41,280 nucleotides of DNA. Origin: Actinomycetota bacterium (GTDB lineage Bacteria; Actinomycetota; Actinomycetes; Nanopelagicales; Nanopelagicaceae). The translations under genes were made by a program, and so were the position numbers. The notes beneath the pieces are model-generated. The model saw nothing but the letters and a program-made list of their open reading frames with translations. It did not search any database and was not told the DNA's origin. Every line of letters starts with the position of its first letter. The first letter of the stretch is position 1. Location of the stretch: assembly GCA_009698295.1 (NCBI GenBank), contig WLQO01000001.1, positions 1 through 41,280 on the forward strand, written 5' to 3'. Below are positions 37,935 to 41,280 of this stretch, in pieces.

Positions 37935-39316
37935 TGATCGCGTTATCTGCTTTCTTAGCGAGTGCAGCATTTGCGCCAATTGGAATTTGGTTTTACGCGG
38001 TAGCCGGGTATGCACTTTTCCTCCGCAGAGTATTGAAAACATCTAGACCTAAATGGCAAGCATTTGCATTTGGATTGATTTATAACGCGATAGTTCTGCA
38101 TTGGTCAGGCAAATATGTCGGAGCGCTCCCATGGCTACTCTTATCGCTTTTGCAAGCTCTTTTCTATATTCCAGTAGGAGTCGTAGCTAAGCGCACTAAC
38201 TCAATTTGGTGGGTTATTTTCACTCTCTTATTGATGGAAGAGTTACGTGCAATTTTTCCATTCGGCGGTTTTGGTTGGACTCGTATCGCCTTTAGCCAAG
38301 TTGAATCGCCGGCTCTGGCGATTGTTTCCTATGGGGGAGTGTTGGCTTTATCAGGAGTCACCCTTATCTTTGCTGCCCTTTTTTCTAAAATACGATTTGG
38401 TAATATCGTTAAATTCATCGTAATTTTGCTGCTGCTCTCTTTCATACCAGTTAACCCACAGGGGAGTGATTCTCTAAAATTGTTGGCTGTACAAGGAAAT
38501 ACGCCTAGCGTCGGTTTAGATTTCAATGGACGCGCTAAAGCAGTATTCAATCTGCACCGTGACGCTACTTATAAATTCGCGGATGAAAAATACGATGCGA
38601 TCATCTGGCCGGAAAACGCTATCGATATCGATCCATCAACTTATCCAGAGGTAGCCGTTGATATCTCTAGATTGACTATTGAGAAAAATTCACCGCTGAT
38701 TGCAGGTGTCGTGTTAAATGAGAATGGAGCCCCTGCAAACGCTTCAGTTATGTACTCAATCGGTGGCAAAATATTGAGTACTTATGTAAAACGCGGATTA
38801 ACGCCTTTTGGAGAATTTATGCCACTGCGTAAGATCGCCGAATTTGTCTCTCCATATGCAGCATCAGTTGTGGATTTTAAAGCAGGCGTGAATCTGCAAG
38901 TGCATGAGGTTGCTGGATCGTCGCTGGGACCGATCATTTGTTATGAAATTATTAACGATCATTTGGTAAGCCAGATGAGTGCGCAATCATCGGCGTTGCT
39001 TGTTCAGACAAATAGCGCAACATTCGCCGGAACTGCAGAGAGTCGACAACAGCTTGCTATAACGCGGATTCGGGCAGTAGAGAATTCGCGAAGTGTGTTG
39101 AGCGTTTCCACCGTTGGAATATCCGCGTTTATCGACAATAATGGGCAAGTGGTGAAGGCGACAAATGAGAATGTGCAGAGTGCGCTATCTGGAACAGTGA
39201 TATTAAATGACCAAATAACTCCCGCAAATAAGTGGCGATCTCCATTGAAGATTGCAGTTCTGGGACTTTTTCTCTTATTTGCGTTGATTGAAATGCGAAA
39301 GCGTAAAAATTTATGA
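37928..39316 (+). CDS. lnt: Apolipoprotein N-acyltransferase
   Basis: TM N-terminus, FPFGGFGW, nitrilase triad WPE / YVK / ICYE, RAVE. Confidence 0.93.
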   Translation: MVMIALSAFLASAAFAPIGIWFYAVAGYALFLRRVLKTSRPKWQAFAFGLIYNAIVLHWSGKYVGALPWLLLSLLQALFYIPVGVVAKRTNSIWWVIFTLLLMEELRAIFPFGGFGWTRIAFSQVESPALAIVSYGGVLALSGVTLIFAALFSKIRFGNIVKFIVILLLLSFIPVNPQGSDSLKLLAVQGNTPSVGLDFNGRAKAVFNLHRDATYKFADEKYDAIIWPENAIDIDPSTYPEVAVDISRLTIEKNSPLIAGVVLNENGAPANASVMYSIGGKILSTYVKRGLTPFGEFMPLRKIAEFVSPYAASVVDFKAGVNLQVHEVAGSSLGPIICYEIINDHLVSQMSAQSSALLVQTNSATFAGTAESRQQLAITRIRAVENSRSVLSVSTVGISAFIDNNGQVVKATNENVQSALSGTVILNDQITPANKWRSPLKIAVLGLFLLFALIEMRKRKNL

Positions 39317-40080
39317 GCGCCCAGGTTCCAGAAAAATTGGCTATTTTAATTCCAACATATAACGAGGGTTTAACTATTGCCCAGTTGTTGGAGAAATTGG
39401 GAAATTTTAGGGATCTCGGCAGCTACCAATTTGATGTCTTAGTCATTGATGACAACTCACCGGATGGAACCGCACAGATAGTCGATGATTTACAGCTTTC
39501 TTGGGTAAAGATTTTGCGGCGTCCGGGTAAAGGTGGATTAGGTGCGGCTTATCGCGCTGGTTTTACCCAAGTTCTATCTATTAACTCGTACACCCATGTA
39601 GTCACAATGGATGCTGATGGGTCCCATCGCGTTGAAGATCTGCCAGCAATGTTTGCAGCGATCAAGCCGGGAAGGTCAATTACCTTGGGAACTCGTTGGA
39701 TTACAGGAGGCAGCGTTGTTAATTGGCCGAAATCACGACAATTGTTATCAAAAACAGGTACTCGATATGCAAAATTCGCCCTGCGAATTGATCTAAACGA
39801 TCTGACCGGTGGTTTTCGTATTTACAGCGTCGAGTTGTTAAAGGCTCTAAACCTTAAGGATATGCAGGCAACTGGTTACTGTTTTCAAATTGAGATGGCG
39901 ATGGCTGCAGATTTAGCTGGCGCAGTTGCAACAGAAGTTCCAATTACCTTTGTTGAGCGAGCCAATGGCGTATCAAAGATGTCGAAGGCAATCGTTATTG
40001 AAGCGCTGACGCAGACGACTCGTTGGGGCATCTCACGTAGGCTTAGACCTAACGCCGATAAGTTACATTATGTTAAGTAA
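39313..40080 (+). CDS. ppm1: Polyprenol-monophosphomannose synthase (GT2)
   Basis: IPTYNE, DDNSPDGT, GLG.AY, MDADGSH, DLTGGFR, GYCFQIEM, SKMS; adjacent to lnt as in other actinobacteria. Confidence 0.92.
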   Translation: MSAQVPEKLAILIPTYNEGLTIAQLLEKLGNFRDLGSYQFDVLVIDDNSPDGTAQIVDDLQLSWVKILRRPGKGGLGAAYRAGFTQVLSINSYTHVVTMDADGSHRVEDLPAMFAAIKPGRSITLGTRWITGGSVVNWPKSRQLLSKTGTRYAKFALRIDLNDLTGGFRIYSVELLKALNLKDMQATGYCFQIEMAMAADLAGAVATEVPITFVERANGVSKMSKAIVIEALTQTTRWGISRRLRPNADKLHYVK

Positions 40081-40117
40081 CTTAAAAGTGGCCCGCCCCC
40101 ACGCTTTTTAAGCGCGA

Positions 40118-41280
40118 TTAGGAGCTGTATGCCTCTATCGGTGGGCAGGAACAGACAAGATTTCGATCTCCAAAGGCGCCATCGATACGTCCAACAGTTG
40201 GCCAATACTTGCCACGAGAACCGATCAATTCGCCAGGAATCAGGCCTGTAATCGTCGCTGGAAAGGCTCCTGCCTCTCGGGAGTAATCACGGTCCCAATT
40301 GGTGGCAGCGATCGCTCCTATCGTGTGTGGAGCGTTTCGCAGCGGTGACCCATCAATGCTCTGTTTGCCATCGATGATCTCTTGGATCTCAGAACGTATC
40401 CCGATCATCGCATCGATAAAGCGGTTCATCTCAAGAATATCTTCGGATTCAGTTGGTTCGATCATTAAGGTACCTGCGACCGGGAAAGACATCGTTGGTG
40501 CATGGAATCCAAAGTCCATCAAACGCTTAGCCACATCGTCAACGCTTACCCCTGAAACTTTAGTTAACTCACGTAAATCGAGAATGCATTCATGTGCGAC
40601 CAATCCTTTATTACCGGTGTACAGGATTGGGTAGGCGCCCTTCAAGCGAGCAGCCATGTAGTTCGCATTTAAAATCGCTACTTCAGTTGCATGAGTTAGG
40701 CCTTCTCCCCCCATCAAACGGATATATGCCCATGAAATTGGCAAGATACTTGCCGAACCAAATGGCGCTGCTGAAATCGGACCAGGTCCTGTAGCAGGAC
40801 CAGCAAGTGGATCTAATGGATGGTTAGGCAGAAATGGCGCTAGATGTGCTTTTGCTATGACTGGACCCACACCTGGTCCCCCACCACCATGTGGAATACA
40901 GAAAGTCTTATGGAGATTTAGATGCGAAACATCGGCTCCAAATTTTCCTGGCTGCGCAGTACCGACTAAGGCGTTTAGATTTGCTCCGTCGACGTAAACC
41001 TGTCCACCTGCATCGTGAATCAGCGCGCAAATTTCAGATATCGCCGATTCAAATACCCCGTGTGTTGATGGATAAGTAACCATCAAAGCTGCCAAACTCT
41101 GGGCATTTTCGGAGATCTTCGCTTTCAAATCAGCGAGACTGACATTTCCTTCTTCATCGCATTCGACCACAATCACTTTCATACCCGCCATAACTGCGCT
41201 GGCTGCATTTGTACCGTGGGCACTCGATGGAATCAAACAGATATTTCTAGCGGAATCACCACGCGAATCGTGGTAATTAC
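40118..41280 (-). CDS. gcvP: Glycine dehydrogenase (glycine cleavage P protein), 3' portion; 5' end lies beyond the window
   Basis: SAHGTN.ASA, TYPSTHG, PLP-lysine motif [32 protein letters not shown]; frame open to the window edge. Confidence 0.97.
   Translation of the reverse strand, partial: NYHDSRGDSARNICLIPSSAHGTNAASAVMAGMKVIVVECDEEGNVSLADLKAKISENAQSLAALMVTYPSTHGVFESAISEICALIHDAGGQVYVDGANLNALVGTAQPGKFGADVSHLNLHKTFCIPHGGGGPGVGPVIAKAHLAPFLPNHPLDPLAGPATGPGPISAAPFGSASILPISWAYIRLMGGEGLTHATEVAILNANYMAARLKGAYPILYTGNKGLVAHECILDLRELTKVSGVSVDDVAKRLMDFGFHAPTMSFPVAGTLMIEPTESEDILEMNRFIDAMIGIRSEIQEIIDGKQSIDGSPLRNAPHTIGAIAATNWDRDYSREAGAFPATITGLIPGELIGSRGKYWPTVGRIDGAFGDRNLVCSCPPIEAYSS

Noticed and set aside
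40081-40117. Terminator between ppm1 and gcvP (TTAAAAGTGG...CCACGCTTTTTAA)
   Set aside because: The stem is imperfect and AT-rich; plausible but too weak to call.

Overview
A gene-dense core-genome segment from a streamlined, moderate-GC actinobacterium. Gene content and compaction suggest the freshwater acI lineage (Ca. Planktophila/Nanopelagicales); this is an inference. The window holds about 40 CDS and one tRNA-Leu(GAG), with no mobile element or CRISPR array. Gene order: (pyrF-like end), mIHF::gmk fusion, rpoZ, coaBC, metK, priA, def, fmt, rsmB, rpe, hisE, hisG; serB, ABC ATPase, ung; NCS2 permease, YczE, DUF554, adh, tdk, apt, tRNA-Leu; M20 peptidase, AKR; histidine phosphatase, DUF3090, SCO1664-like kinase, mshC; PAC2, metH, HAD, RecB-family nuclease; trmI, pafB, pafC, tatA, tatC, DAGK, helY, 5'-3' exonuclease, lnt, ppm1; partial gcvP. 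Most notable: (1) an in-frame fusion of the nucleoid protein mIHF to guanylate kinase; (2) the Pup-proteasome block is absent between trmI and pafBC while PafBC and PAC2 are kept; (3) a structured leader with alternative pairings upstream of the NCS2 nucleobase permease; (4) a phosphatase/Zn-finger/kinase triad of unknown function retained next to mshC; (5) pervasive leaderless TANNNT-N6/7-start promoters; (6) a PafBC-type promoter candidate at the RecB-like nuclease.
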